Shown here one piece after another: positions 30,587 through 39,580 of a stretch of 64,000 bases of DNA; position 1 is the stretch's first letter, and each line of letters starts with the position of its first letter. Location of the stretch: the NCBI GenBank assembly GCA_964291405.2, contig OZ219926.1, positions 448,001-512,000 of the forward strand. The letters run 5' to 3'. The stretch is from Thermodesulfobacteriota bacterium (GTDB lineage: Bacteria > Desulfobacterota > Binatia > Bin18). The notes beneath the pieces were generated by a model. It did not search any database. It saw only the letters and a program-made list of their open reading frames with translations, and was not told the origin of the DNA. The translations under genes and the position numbers were made by a program.

Positions 30587-31069
30587 TCACACGCTCCTCT
30601 CTCCAGAACCGGCGAGTCTGACAATCGCCTTGAGTAAACTATCCAGCGAATCGGCGTCAATCAGGCGATGTTCGTTTCCGGTCCGAATTAAAGCAGAATC
30701 GGGCAGGCCGCTCTGGCGGACCAGTTCAGCACTGTGAGCAAAAGGAACGGCTTCATCAGCCTCGGCGTGGAGGATAAGGGTATTCGGCTTGACAGTTGTC
30801 GCCCTGCCCCAGCGTTTCCATGCCGGGCAGAGCAGCACGAGCGGCGTCTCCCCGCTGTCGATATTGATCGCGACCGCGCCACCCCGGCTGGAACCCACAA
30901 CCACATCGGGCTGCTGACGGTCAAACTCGGCCTGAGCAATACGCACACAGGCGTCAAAGTCGTCATTCGGCAGAAGAGGATTACAGACCTCAAAGCCATT
31001 GGCCTTGAGGAACGTCGGCTTGGTCCCTCCAGGGGTTGCGCCAAAGCCGTGCAGGAAGAGGATTTTCAT
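30587..31069 (-). CDS. Small alpha/beta hydrolase (YqiA/YcfP-like)
   Basis: FLHGF, VGSSRGG, LLCPAW, H...D..VP, HRL. Confidence 0.82.
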   Translation of the reverse strand: MKILFLHGFGATPGGTKPTFLKANGFEVCNPLLPNDDFDACVRIAQAEFDRQQPDVVVGSSRGGAVAINIDSGETPLVLLCPAWKRWGRATTVKPNTLILHAEADEAVPFAHSAELVRQSGLPDSALIRTGNEHRLIDADSLDSLLKAIVRLAGSGERSV

Positions 31070-31111
31070 TGCTTGGCACCTGCTCCGTGGGAATCGTGCC
31101 GAACGGAACAG

Positions 31112-31145
31112 AAAAAACGGGGCAGGAGCGCTCTCCCCTACCCCG
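31112..31145 (-). terminator. Rho-independent terminator after the cyclase gene
   Basis: Minus strand CGGGGTAGG-N10-CCTGCCCCG followed by TTTTTT, 11 nt after the stop codon. Confidence 0.75.
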
Positions 31146-31156
31146 CAATAACGTGT

Positions 31157-32095
31157 CTAAAACACGGCAATGGGATTCACCGGCGAAGCCGTCCCCTTGA
31201 CCAGCACCAACGGCGCCACCGTCAGCATGAACGTCCAGCGTGAGCGTGCGGCGCAGGCCGCGCTCAGGTCGTCCAATAGGCAGTTGTCAAGCAGATGTAT
31301 GCCCATGGCCACCAGGGTACACGAGTGGATGGGCATGATGAGATTGTCATAGCCACTCGGCACAACGTCACTCACCCCGTCACAGCCCAGCACGGCAACT
31401 TTCCGCTCGTGAATCCAGGGCAGGCAGGCCGCGCCCAGCCCGGCCAGGCCGTCCTGAAGCGCGTCCCAGTTACCCTGGGCTTTTTGGCGCACGTGGCGCC
31501 CGGTTCGCACAAAGAGTACATCGCCTTCTTCGACTTTGAAGTTTCCCGCCTGTTCCGCGGCTTCCAGGTCCGCCGGCGTAATCGCCTCGCCCGGTTCCAG
31601 ATAGTCGCGGTTCTTGAGCGGCGGGATATCGATCAACACCCCGCGCGACACAACGCCGTTTTTAATGGAATGGATCGCCCCGTTCAGCGCGCCCTGGGCG
31701 GTCACGTCAGAAGAGGGATAACCGTTATACATCTTATCGTTGTGAAACACGTGACACAGCGCATCGATATGCGTGTTGGCGACCCCATGCGGGGCGATGG
31801 CAAAATAGTCGGCGCTATACGGCAGGGGGACCAGACTCTCCTCACCCGGCGCGCCAGTCTTCATCATCAGATGCATGACCGGGGTCGGATTGTCCGGCCC
31901 GTGATGCGTCGCCAAGGGCAGAGATAATGACACCGAGTGTCCGTCTTGTACCTGGGCTGCTGCCTGCGCGCGTTTCTCAGACGTAATATAGTTGAGCGCG
32001 CCAAGCTGATCGTTTGCTCCCCATTTTCCCCAGTTGCTCAAGGTCGAGAAGAACTCCTCTACCTGGGCTTCAGTCAGATCATCGTTGACTGCCAT
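31157..32095 (-). CDS. Cyclase family protein (kynurenine formamidase-like)
   Basis: SNWGKWG..DQLGALN, HG..NTHIDALCH, RGVLIDI, GDVLFVRTG, GTASPVNPIA. Confidence 0.9.
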   Translation of the reverse strand: MAVNDDLTEAQVEEFFSTLSNWGKWGANDQLGALNYITSEKRAQAAAQVQDGHSVSLSLPLATHHGPDNPTPVMHLMMKTGAPGEESLVPLPYSADYFAIAPHGVANTHIDALCHVFHNDKMYNGYPSSDVTAQGALNGAIHSIKNGVVSRGVLIDIPPLKNRDYLEPGEAITPADLEAAEQAGNFKVEEGDVLFVRTGRHVRQKAQGNWDALQDGLAGLGAACLPWIHERKVAVLGCDGVSDVVPSGYDNLIMPIHSCTLVAMGIHLLDNCLLDDLSAACAARSRWTFMLTVAPLVLVKGTASPVNPIAVF

Positions 32096-32198
32096 AACGT
32101 CCTCCTTTTTTCGTTCCGTCTCGTCCCACGCTTTTAGCGCAAAAGCGCGGAAAAGAGAAAGAGGTCCAGGGACACACGAGCCAGGACTCGTTTTTACA

Positions 32199-32228
32199 TT
32201 GACAGGCCGCCCCGTTTGGTTCGATAAT
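32199..32228 (+). promoter_or_regulatory. Putative sigma70 promoter
   Basis: TTGACA-N18-GATAAT, 44 nt upstream of the amidohydrolase start. Confidence 0.6.
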
Positions 32229-32272
32229 CGCCTCGGACTTATTTTATCCACATACCCAAAAAGGAGGCTGCT

Positions 32273-33691
32273 GTGTCACATGACATCGTCCTAAAGAACG
32301 GGTTAGTCGTTACGCCGAACGGCGTGATCCGGGGCGGGATTGCCGTTGAAGGGGAACAGATCGTCGCGGTCGGTGCGAGCTCAAGCCTCGGTCAGGCCAA
32401 ACGCGAAATCGACGTTGAGGGCAAAATCCTGTTCCCTGGGACGTTTGACCCCCACGTCCACTTCGGCATCTCGGACCGCTTTGGCGATGAGGCCATGGTC
32501 GAAGATTTCTTGCGCGACACCAAGGATTGCCTGCTCGGCGGAGTCACGACAATTGCCACTACCACCCTGATCGGCAAGGATCCGATGTTGGACCTGTTTG
32601 ACCAGGCTGTCGAGTGCGGCACCAATCATTCGTGGTGCGATTTCAAGGTGACCTGTGTGGTTAACACGCTCGATCAGGTCGCCCAAATCCCGGCCGTGGC
32701 CGCGAAGGGCGGTGTGTCGTATAAATTCTTTACCGGCTATTCCGGCCCGCAGGCCGAAGCCTTTGGCATGAATCCGGACGGCATCACGCCTTCATTTTTT
32801 CATGCGGCCTGCGAGCAATTGGCCCACTGTGGCCCCCCGACCTTTGCCAAGATTCATGCCGAAGATCCGTACGTCCGCGGTATCCTGATCGATCGCTTGC
32901 GCGAAATGGGCCGAGCCGACCAGCTCACGGCCTGGGCCGAGTCCAGTCCGGAGTGGGCCGAAAGTGTCCAGGTCTATACCTATGGGATGATTGCCAACCA
33001 ACTCCGCGTCCCGATCTACCCGGTTCATATCAGCGCCGCGCATACCGTGGAAACAGTCAAGCGCCTCCACGCCGAAGGGCTGAACGTTGTTGGGGAAACG
33101 GTCGCCTGTTTTCTCAACACCACGGCTCCGGAAATGGACGCGCTGGGTATGGGCGGCAAAGCGAAAATTCAGCCGCCGATTCGTTTTGAGAAAGACAAAG
33201 AGCGGCTATGGCGAGGACTTCAGGAAGGCACCCTGTCTGTCGTCGGAACGGACAGTCTGACCTACTCTTCGTCGTTCAAGACCGATGGAGATTTCTGGGA
33301 CTGCCGTGTCGGCATTAACCTTCAGGTGGCCGATACCCTGCCCCTCCTGTTTCACGAAGGGGTGAACAAAGGTCGTATCGATCTGGGGACTCTCTCAAAA
33401 ATCCTGTCCGAAAATGCGGCCAAGCTGTACGGCCTCTACCCCAAGAAGGGGGCCCTGGCCATTGGCTCAGACGCAGACATCGTGGTTCTCGACCCGGAAA
33501 AGGACGCCGTACTGGGGGTCGACCGAATGCGGTCGCGCGCAGACTATTCCTTGTGGGAGGGCCGGCAGGTCAAGGGTATTCCGGTAAAAACCTTTCTGCG
33601 TGGCCAGTTGGTTATGGAGGACGGCGAGATTGTGGCCGAACAGCCAAGTGGCCGATTTGTTGAGCAGGTTATTCGACCGCGCGGATTATAA
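32273..33691 (+). CDS. Dihydropyrimidinase/allantoinase-like cyclic amidohydrolase
   Basis: PG.FDPHVH, GGVTT, YKFF, KIHAED, VHIS, K.QPPIR, GTD, N.AK.YGLYPKKG...GSDADIV; AGGAGG RBS. Confidence 0.88.
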   Translation: MSHDIVLKNGLVVTPNGVIRGGIAVEGEQIVAVGASSSLGQAKREIDVEGKILFPGTFDPHVHFGISDRFGDEAMVEDFLRDTKDCLLGGVTTIATTTLIGKDPMLDLFDQAVECGTNHSWCDFKVTCVVNTLDQVAQIPAVAAKGGVSYKFFTGYSGPQAEAFGMNPDGITPSFFHAACEQLAHCGPPTFAKIHAEDPYVRGILIDRLREMGRADQLTAWAESSPEWAESVQVYTYGMIANQLRVPIYPVHISAAHTVETVKRLHAEGLNVVGETVACFLNTTAPEMDALGMGGKAKIQPPIRFEKDKERLWRGLQEGTLSVVGTDSLTYSSSFKTDGDFWDCRVGINLQVADTLPLLFHEGVNKGRIDLGTLSKILSENAAKLYGLYPKKGALAIGSDADIVVLDPEKDAVLGVDRMRSRADYSLWEGRQVKGIPVKTFLRGQLVMEDGEIVAEQPSGRFVEQVIRPRGL

Positions 33692-33706
33692 ACGAAGGAG
33701 GCGGCT

Positions 33707-34345
33707 ATGGCTCAGACTGAAGATAAAAATGCGATTTATGAACATGCCCAACTCGGCCATAAACTCGGCTTCGGAAAAAAGCCCGCGCTGATTGTGGTGG
33801 ACTTTCAGTTGGGCTTTACCGTTCCGGAACAGTCCCCGCTTGCCGGCGATCTCGGCGCCGAAGTCGCGGCGACAAACGAGCTCATCGCCGCGGCTCGCAA
33901 GAAAGACATTCCGGTTATTTTTACGGTTGTGGGCTATGATCCCCACCGGCAGGACGATGCCGGCCTGTGGCCCGAAAAGGCACCCTCTCTGCGTATGCTT
34001 ACTATCGGAAGCGATTTGGTCAAGCTCGACCCGCGCCTCAATCAGGAGCCCGGCGACCTGGTGATCACCAAAAAATACGCCTCCGGTTTCTTCGGCACCT
34101 ATCTGGCCTCGACCTTAACCATGCAGTCGGTTGATACCGCTATCGTTACCGGCTGCACTACCAGCGGCTGCGTCCGCGCAACGGTGATGGATGCCCTGGC
34201 GAACGGCTTTCGGCCCATTGTGCCGATTGAGTGTGTCGGCGACCGGGCCCAAGAGCCACATCAGGCCAATCTGTTCGATATCGGTGCAAAGTACGGGGAT
34301 GTCATGCCGCTTCAGGAGGTGTTGGAGTATCTGGAACAGTTGTAA
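33707..34345 (+). CDS. Isochorismatase family cysteine hydrolase (N-carbamoylsarcosine amidase/maleamate amidase-like)
   Basis: GFG.KPALIVVDFQ, KKYASGFFGT, GCTTSGCVRAT..DA. Confidence 0.9.
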   Translation: MAQTEDKNAIYEHAQLGHKLGFGKKPALIVVDFQLGFTVPEQSPLAGDLGAEVAATNELIAAARKKDIPVIFTVVGYDPHRQDDAGLWPEKAPSLRMLTIGSDLVKLDPRLNQEPGDLVITKKYASGFFGTYLASTLTMQSVDTAIVTGCTTSGCVRATVMDALANGFRPIVPIECVGDRAQEPHQANLFDIGAKYGDVMPLQEVLEYLEQL

Positions 34346-34444
34346 ATCCGCAGCGTGTTGAGCACCCTGCGCAGGCACTTCCCTTCGTCCCCAGGCTGGG
34401 TTAGGTTGTCGGGCGGTTGCAGTTGAGTATTTGGAGGAAAACCG

Positions 34445-35065
34445 ATGTGGGGAGTGAAGCAGTTCGTTATTTTTTCAGTCGTCTTACTGGTCAATCTGCC
34501 TGGGTGTTCGGAGGCGGGTGGCGGAGCAGCCGGAGGGCCGGTTGTCCTCATGTCAACGTCCAAGGGAGAGGTGAAAATCGAGCTGTTTCAGAAAGAGGCG
34601 CCGGAAACGGTCACAAACTTCCTTGCCTATGTCAACGATGGATTTTATGACGGGACGATTTTCCATCGGGTGATTCCCGGCTTCATGATCCAAGGGGGCG
34701 GCTTTACCGAAGCCATGCAGCAGAAGCCGACCAAGCCTGCCATCAAGAATGAGGCCGCCAACGGCCTGACCAACGATACCGGAACGCTGGCCATGGCCCG
34801 CACAAACGTGGTTGATTCCGCCACCTCTCAGTTCTTCATCAACGTCAATGATAATGACTTTCTGAACCATAAGGATACCTCGATGCAGGGCTTCGGGTAT
34901 TGCGTGTTTGGCAGAGTCATAGAGGGCATGGACGTCGTGAGTACCATCGAACAGGTGCAGACCGGGCGGAAGGGCATGCACGCCGACGTGCCGCAGGAGC
35001 CCATCATTATTCAGTCCATGAAAGTCGTCTCCGAGGCGCAGTATGACGCCACAAGTGAGTCGTAA
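34445..35065 (+). CDS. Peptidylprolyl isomerase, bacterial PpiA/PpiB type, with signal peptide
   Basis: [38 protein letters not shown]...[21 protein letters not shown]; hydrophobic N-terminus with LPGC. Confidence 0.94.
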   Translation: MWGVKQFVIFSVVLLVNLPGCSEAGGGAAGGPVVLMSTSKGEVKIELFQKEAPETVTNFLAYVNDGFYDGTIFHRVIPGFMIQGGGFTEAMQQKPTKPAIKNEAANGLTNDTGTLAMARTNVVDSATSQFFINVNDNDFLNHKDTSMQGFGYCVFGRVIEGMDVVSTIEQVQTGRKGMHADVPQEPIIIQSMKVVSEAQYDATSES

Positions 35066-35088
35066 ATCCAATATGTAGCGGAGGTAGT

Positions 35089-35577
35089 ATGCGTTTACAC
35101 ACACGTTTCCATTGGTCTTCCTGGGTTCTCCTGGCCGTGCTGAGTGGCACGTTCGTTTTCCTTGCGACGCCACAGCAGTCCGCAGCCGAGCTCTCCTCGG
35201 AGCTAAAACAGGCACTGGACTCCAGCAAATATGTCTATATCCAGTCCGAGCGGAAGAGCGGCGAGTTGGGCTCAAAGGCTGAGATCTGGTTTTTTGAGCA
35301 TGATGGGGCCGTCTGGGTGGGGACGCCAGTAACGACGTATCGCGTCAGGCGCATCCAGGCTGGACGCACAAAAGCCAAAGTCTGGATCGGCTCGCGCGAT
35401 GGACAGTCGTTTGATGCCACCGGGTCGCTGGTGAAAGACGATGCCGTCACCGAAATCATGTTCAAGACCTTTGCCGAAAAGTACTCGGACGGCTGGCCGC
35501 AATATGAAGAAGGCTTTCGGAGCGGTTTTGCCGACGGCTCACGCACCCTGGTGCGCTATGACCCAGCGGGCATGTAG
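35089..35577 (+). CDS. Hypothetical exported protein, PNPOx-like split-barrel fold candidate
   Basis: Signal-peptide-like N-terminus; Y.Q..RKSG.....EIWF...DG..WV.T....RVRRI and F..KY patterns of PNPOx/DUF2255-like proteins. Confidence 0.6.
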   Translation: MRLHTRFHWSSWVLLAVLSGTFVFLATPQQSAAELSSELKQALDSSKYVYIQSERKSGELGSKAEIWFFEHDGAVWVGTPVTTYRVRRIQAGRTKAKVWIGSRDGQSFDATGSLVKDDAVTEIMFKTFAEKYSDGWPQYEEGFRSGFADGSRTLVRYDPAGM

Positions 35578-35616
35578 GCAGCGGGCTGATACGGGCGGAG
35601 ACTTCTCTGCCCTCAC

Positions 35617-35728
35617 CTAGAACGTTTCACGATAAATTGTAACCACGCTCGTACACGCTCGTCATGCCGGACTTGATCCGGCATCCAGAGGTCGGAGAGC
35701 GGCCTCACAGCAGCGTGATTTGCTCTAG
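35617..35728. mobile_element. MITE-like palindromic element copy 1 (single CGTC-tagged REP inside conserved ends)
   Basis: CTAGAACGTTTCACGATAAATTGTA...CGTCATGCCGGACTTGATCCGGCATCCAGAGG...CACAGCAGCGTGATTTGCTCTAG; three blocks are shared with the copy at 38162. Confidence 0.7.
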
Positions 35729-38058
35729 TGGCCACTATTGAAGACAAAACGGCGTGGGAGATTCACACGCGCGAGACGAGGCGCGTGCGGTTGCGGAGCC
35801 TCGCCGATTCCATCAACGATACGGCGCGCACGGCGCGAACTTCTCTGTCGCTATTCTTGATAGTGGCGCTCTATCTGTTCCTGACCTTGCTGTCCTCCAC
35901 TGACGAAAACCTGCTTCGCAATAGTCTGGTCGAACTGCCACAGGTAGGTGCCGGCATCTCGCTTAAAAACAGTTATATCTTTGCACCGCTGATCTTCCTC
36001 TACCTGCACGCTCAGTTGTTGTTCCAACTGACTGTGTTGGCAGGGAAAGTGCAGACGTTCGAGGTTGCGCTGAAGGAAGAGTTTCCTGACACAGTAGCCC
36101 CGAACATGCAAGAGAAAGTTGAGGCGAAAAGGAAGGAATGTTGGAATTGGCTCTCCGCGTTCACCCTTGTTCAGCGATTACGGCTGCCCCCCGGCAAACT
36201 GTCCAAGGTGTTCGTATGGCTCGGCGTTGAGGCGATCCCGGTGGTATTGCTGTTCGTTCTTGACCTCTCATTCGTCCGCTATCAATCCGGTTGGATTACG
36301 TGGGAACACCATATCATCTTCCTCCTCGATTTGGTGCTCCTTGCATGGTTCAACTGTCGGGTATTTGATGGATGGTTTCGGGTATTTTGGAAGAAGCTCA
36401 TCAGTTGCTTCCAAACATTGTATGCGTGGATAGCGAAAGGAGAAGGGCAGCGAAGGACATCGGGCCCTGGACGTCCCACGCCCGCGGAAAGACGACTCTG
36501 GGAGATATTAGCGAAAGGACCGGAGCAGCCAGGGACACGTGCAGAAAGACGACTCTGGGAGATATTGAAGTCCGTTTGGGGAGTGGCGGTTTTCTGTATG
36601 GTGCTCTTGTTGAAGCTCACTTGGGGAACAGCGGTGTTCTGTATGGCGCTCCTGTTGCTCCGTGCCGCCTATCCACCGGAATTTGATCCTAAAACTGAGG
36701 AAGAGGACCGACTGGGTATCTGGAGATCGGCAGTAGTAGAAGAAGACCGGCGATCGGAGATGGCAGAAAAAGTCCGGCGACCGGCGGTGGCAGAAAAAGC
36801 CCAAAAGTCTACTTGTCAAATGATCGAAGAGTTCTGGCAGGCGGTGTGGGAGAATGGAGAAAACATAATCGACGCTGGTCCTTGCGAGTGGTGGGGCTTA
36901 GCCTGCCGCTATCTTGATGTCAGCCATAAGCGGCTAGTCAAGACTCAGGCTCATGAGATATCTGATCAACCCAGTGACGAAAGCTTTGCAACCATCGATT
37001 TATTTGGGCGGAATTTGCTCTTCGCATATTTTCGAAAAACACAATTGCAGGGTGCGAACCTTGTTAGGGCGCGCTTACAAGGCGCGGACCTCGTTAGAGC
37101 ACAGTTGCAAGGTGCAGGCATTTCGGAGGCACAATTGCAGGGTGCGAACCTTGTTAGGGCGCGCTTACAAGGCGCGGACTTCGTTAGAGCGCAGCTACAA
37201 GGCGTGGACCTTGGGAGCGCACGCTTGCAAGGCGCGGACTTCGCTAGCGCACAGTTGCAGGGCGTGGACCTTGGGAGCGCACGCTTGCAAGGCGCAAGCC
37301 TCAAGAATGCATGCTTGCAGGGTGCGAGCCTCAAGAATGCATGCTTGCAGGGTGCGTACCTCCAGGGCACACAGTTGCAAGGCGCAGACCTTGGGAGCGC
37401 GCAGTTGCAGGGCAGTTTTGGTCAGCCAGGCCGACAGTATTTGGCACAGGCGCCCAGCGTTTCGTGCGACTTTCCTACTGACAAATCATCCTATCTGAAT
37501 TTGGTATGGACGCCCGGCGTTTCGTACGACTTTCCTACTGACAAATCATCCTATCTGAAAAAGCTAGTCCCCAACGAGAAGATAGCGACTGTCAAGCTTC
37601 TGTGGGGGAAATTGTCGTCCCTGAAGGAACACTTGCAGGAGCGCATGGAGGCAAACCAGAGTTCTATAGACCCCCTTCCAGACAGCTCCCGCCGACCTAA
37701 TTGGGAAACCTGGGCCAAATGGACAGCCGAATTTGCCTGCAAGGACGTATACACTGCTCGCAGTAGCCTGAAACGCTGGACGTCAGAAGAACCTCTGTCC
37801 GGTTTAGTTAGAGATTTTGATGCGTATCAACTTGAACTCCTCAAAGATTACGCGGCCGCACGAGAGCAAGAGACAGGGGAAGCATGCCTCGGTCCTCGTT
37901 TGTCCGATTTATCCAGTTTAAAATATAGAGATTTTGATGAAGCTCAAAAACTTGTCCGCGAAGCTTTAGTAGCCGCACGAGAGACAGGGGAGGAATGCCC
38001 TGGTCTCCATTCCATCCCGGACGACGAGTGGAAGAAAATTACTGGTAGTTGGCCTTGA
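35728..38058 (+). CDS. Membrane-anchored pentapeptide-repeat protein
   Basis: Several N-terminal TM segments; about 24 A(D/N)LxxA.LQG-type pentapeptides (37040-37411); internal duplications. Confidence 0.88.
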   Translation: MATIEDKTAWEIHTRETRRVRLRSLADSINDTARTARTSLSLFLIVALYLFLTLLSSTDENLLRNSLVELPQVGAGISLKNSYIFAPLIFLYLHAQLLFQLTVLAGKVQTFEVALKEEFPDTVAPNMQEKVEAKRKECWNWLSAFTLVQRLRLPPGKLSKVFVWLGVEAIPVVLLFVLDLSFVRYQSGWITWEHHIIFLLDLVLLAWFNCRVFDGWFRVFWKKLISCFQTLYAWIAKGEGQRRTSGPGRPTPAERRLWEILAKGPEQPGTRAERRLWEILKSVWGVAVFCMVLLLKLTWGTAVFCMALLLLRAAYPPEFDPKTEEEDRLGIWRSAVVEEDRRSEMAEKVRRPAVAEKAQKSTCQMIEEFWQAVWENGENIIDAGPCEWWGLACRYLDVSHKRLVKTQAHEISDQPSDESFATIDLFGRNLLFAYFRKTQLQGANLVRARLQGADLVRAQLQGAGISEAQLQGANLVRARLQGADFVRAQLQGVDLGSARLQGADFASAQLQGVDLGSARLQGASLKNACLQGASLKNACLQGAYLQGTQLQGADLGSAQLQGSFGQPGRQYLAQAPSVSCDFPTDKSSYLNLVWTPGVSYDFPTDKSSYLKKLVPNEKIATVKLLWGKLSSLKEHLQERMEANQSSIDPLPDSSRRPNWETWAKWTAEFACKDVYTARSSLKRWTSEEPLSGLVRDFDAYQLELLKDYAAAREQETGEACLGPRLSDLSSLKYRDFDEAQKLVREALVAARETGEECPGLHSIPDDEWKKITGSWP
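37040..37411 (+). repeat. 30-nt-period coding tandem repeat (pentapeptide pairs) with 60- and 90-nt higher-order duplications
   Basis: Repeated TTGCA(A/G)GG(C/T)GCG..CCT units; ACAATTGCAGGGTGCGAACCTTGTTAGGGCGCGCTTACAAGGCGCGGAC occurs twice, 90 nt apart. Confidence 0.9.
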
Positions 38059-38161
38059 CCGTAGAGGCAGGTGAAAGCTTACTCCCCATCCCCAGCCAGG
38101 ATACGACCCTGAAAGCGGCGGATGAGGTCGCGGGCGATTTGGCCAGAGTGACGCATAGCCG

Positions 38162-38315
38162 ATAGAGCGTTTCACAATAAGTTGTATTGTAGCTGGGCCG
38201 CTACCCTCTCGTCATGCCGGACATGATCCGGCATCCAGAGGCTGGGGGCTGGGGGCCTGGATTCCTGCTTTCGCAGGAAGGACGGGTGGCTACACATCAT
38301 CGTTATTTGCTCTAG
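38162..38315. mobile_element. MITE-like palindromic element copy 2 (inverted CGTC-REP dimer inside conserved ends)
   Basis: TAGAGCGTTTCACAATAAGTTGTA...CGTCATGCCGGACATGATCCGGCATCCAG...CTGGATTCCTGCTTTCGCAGGAAGGACG...CACATCATCGTTATTTGCTCTAG; terminal IR TAGAGC/GCTCTA. Confidence 0.75.
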
Positions 38316-38389
38316 CGTCGGAGGAACGACTTCCTGCCCTTGGCTGTCCGTTGCTTGACTTTCTTACCGGCGTTGCGTTGTATGCCCCT

Positions 38390-39532
38390 ATGAGCAAGTC
38401 CTTGATTACGTGGACCATCGGACTCCTTCTCCTCGTGCTGGCCGGTCCAGCCATCGGGCAGACCGATGAGGAGATAGAAGAGTTGTTCTGGAAAAGTGTG
38501 GAATGTCAGAGTAAGCGGCAGGTGCAGGCGTATCTGGAGGTGTATCCGGCAGGGGCGTATGTAGCGGAGGCCCACGCCTGTCTGGAAGGGCAACTTGGGT
38601 TGGACCGGGCTGCGCGACGGTTGGTACAGCACGGGTTGACAGCACTCGACTACTCGGTCGGGGCAGCGGATGGGCTATTTGGACCGGCGACACGGAAAGC
38701 AATGCGAGAATGGCAAGCTGGGAAGGGGTTTACGGGGACGGGGTATTTGACGCGAGAGCAGGCCGATGCCCTGATAACGCAGGGGAGCGATGCCGTGGCC
38801 GAGCAGCGGCAGCGAGAAGAGACCCAGCGAGAGGCGGAGGAAGCAGAGCGCCGACAGGCCGCCGAGGCAGAGCGGCAGGCGCGGGAGGCGGCAGCACGGG
38901 CGGAAGCAAAACGGCAACGACAGGCGCAGGAAGCCGCAGCTCAAGCAGAAGCCGAACGGCAACGGCAAACGTGTACAGGTCGGTCGGAAGGCGCCGAGTG
39001 TTTTATAGAACTGGCTGGCCGGCCTGGATGCTACGTCTTTACTTTCAACTTTTTGCCGGGCGGAAGCATGACCTGGGCCGGTGAGTGTACCGACGGTCTG
39101 GCCCACGGAATGGGGACGCTGACATTTACAAGAAATAGCTCCAAGACCGAATACTCTGGACTTATCCAGGACGGTAAGCGGCAGGGCCACTTTGTCCGAC
39201 GTAGGGGGAATGGGGATGTAGGAGAAGGGCCATTTGTCGATGGCAAGCCACACGGCCACTGGGTCATACGCCAGGCAGACGGAGATGTCTGGGAAGGACC
39301 GCGTGTAAGCGGCAAGCGCCAGGGTCGTTGGGTCATACGCTATGCAGACGGAGATGTCTGGGAAGGGTCCTATGTGGACGACAAGCTGCACGGTCATTGG
39401 GTCAATCGCCAAGTGGATGGAGATATATACGAAGGACCCTATGTAGACGACAAACAGCACGGCCGTTGGATCTTGCGCAAGGCAAACGGGAGTGTCAGGG
39501 AATTCACGTATGTGAACGGTGAGCGCCAATAG
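38390..39532 (+). CDS. Exported protein with peptidoglycan-binding domain, coiled coil and MORN-like repeats
   Basis: Signal peptide; LVQHGL.ALDYSVG.ADGLFGPATRKAMREWQ (PG_binding_1); E/A/R/Q-rich coil; about five 23-aa GK.HG.W.....DGD..EG.YVD repeats. Confidence 0.85.
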   Translation: MSKSLITWTIGLLLLVLAGPAIGQTDEEIEELFWKSVECQSKRQVQAYLEVYPAGAYVAEAHACLEGQLGLDRAARRLVQHGLTALDYSVGAADGLFGPATRKAMREWQAGKGFTGTGYLTREQADALITQGSDAVAEQRQREETQREAEEAERRQAAEAERQAREAAARAEAKRQRQAQEAAAQAEAERQRQTCTGRSEGAECFIELAGRPGCYVFTFNFLPGGSMTWAGECTDGLAHGMGTLTFTRNSSKTEYSGLIQDGKRQGHFVRRRGNGDVGEGPFVDGKPHGHWVIRQADGDVWEGPRVSGKRQGRWVIRYADGDVWEGSYVDDKLHGHWVNRQVDGDIYEGPYVDDKQHGRWILRKANGSVREFTYVNGERQ

Positions 39533-39580
39533 TGGCTTGACCTGAATCTGGGACCACCGAGGATACGGAGCAGAGGGGCG

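Noticed and set aside
22826-31145. Two hairpins share the loop sequence GGAGAGCG
   Set aside because: Only two instances with different stems; compatible with chance.
37040-37411. Regularly spaced repeats as a possible CRISPR array
   Set aside because: They are in-frame 30-nt coding repeats with no unique spacers, and no cas genes are in the window.
38080-38160. Short minus-strand frame MRHSGQIARDLIRRFQGRILAGDGE* next to the second element, possibly a gene remnant
   Set aside because: Too short to assign to a family by eye and it has no RBS.
35728-39532. Diversity-generating retroelement (TR/VR pair) in the repeat-protein genes
   Set aside because: The duplicated blocks are adjacent and in frame, are too short or divergent to show an adenine-specific pattern, and no reverse transcriptase is present.
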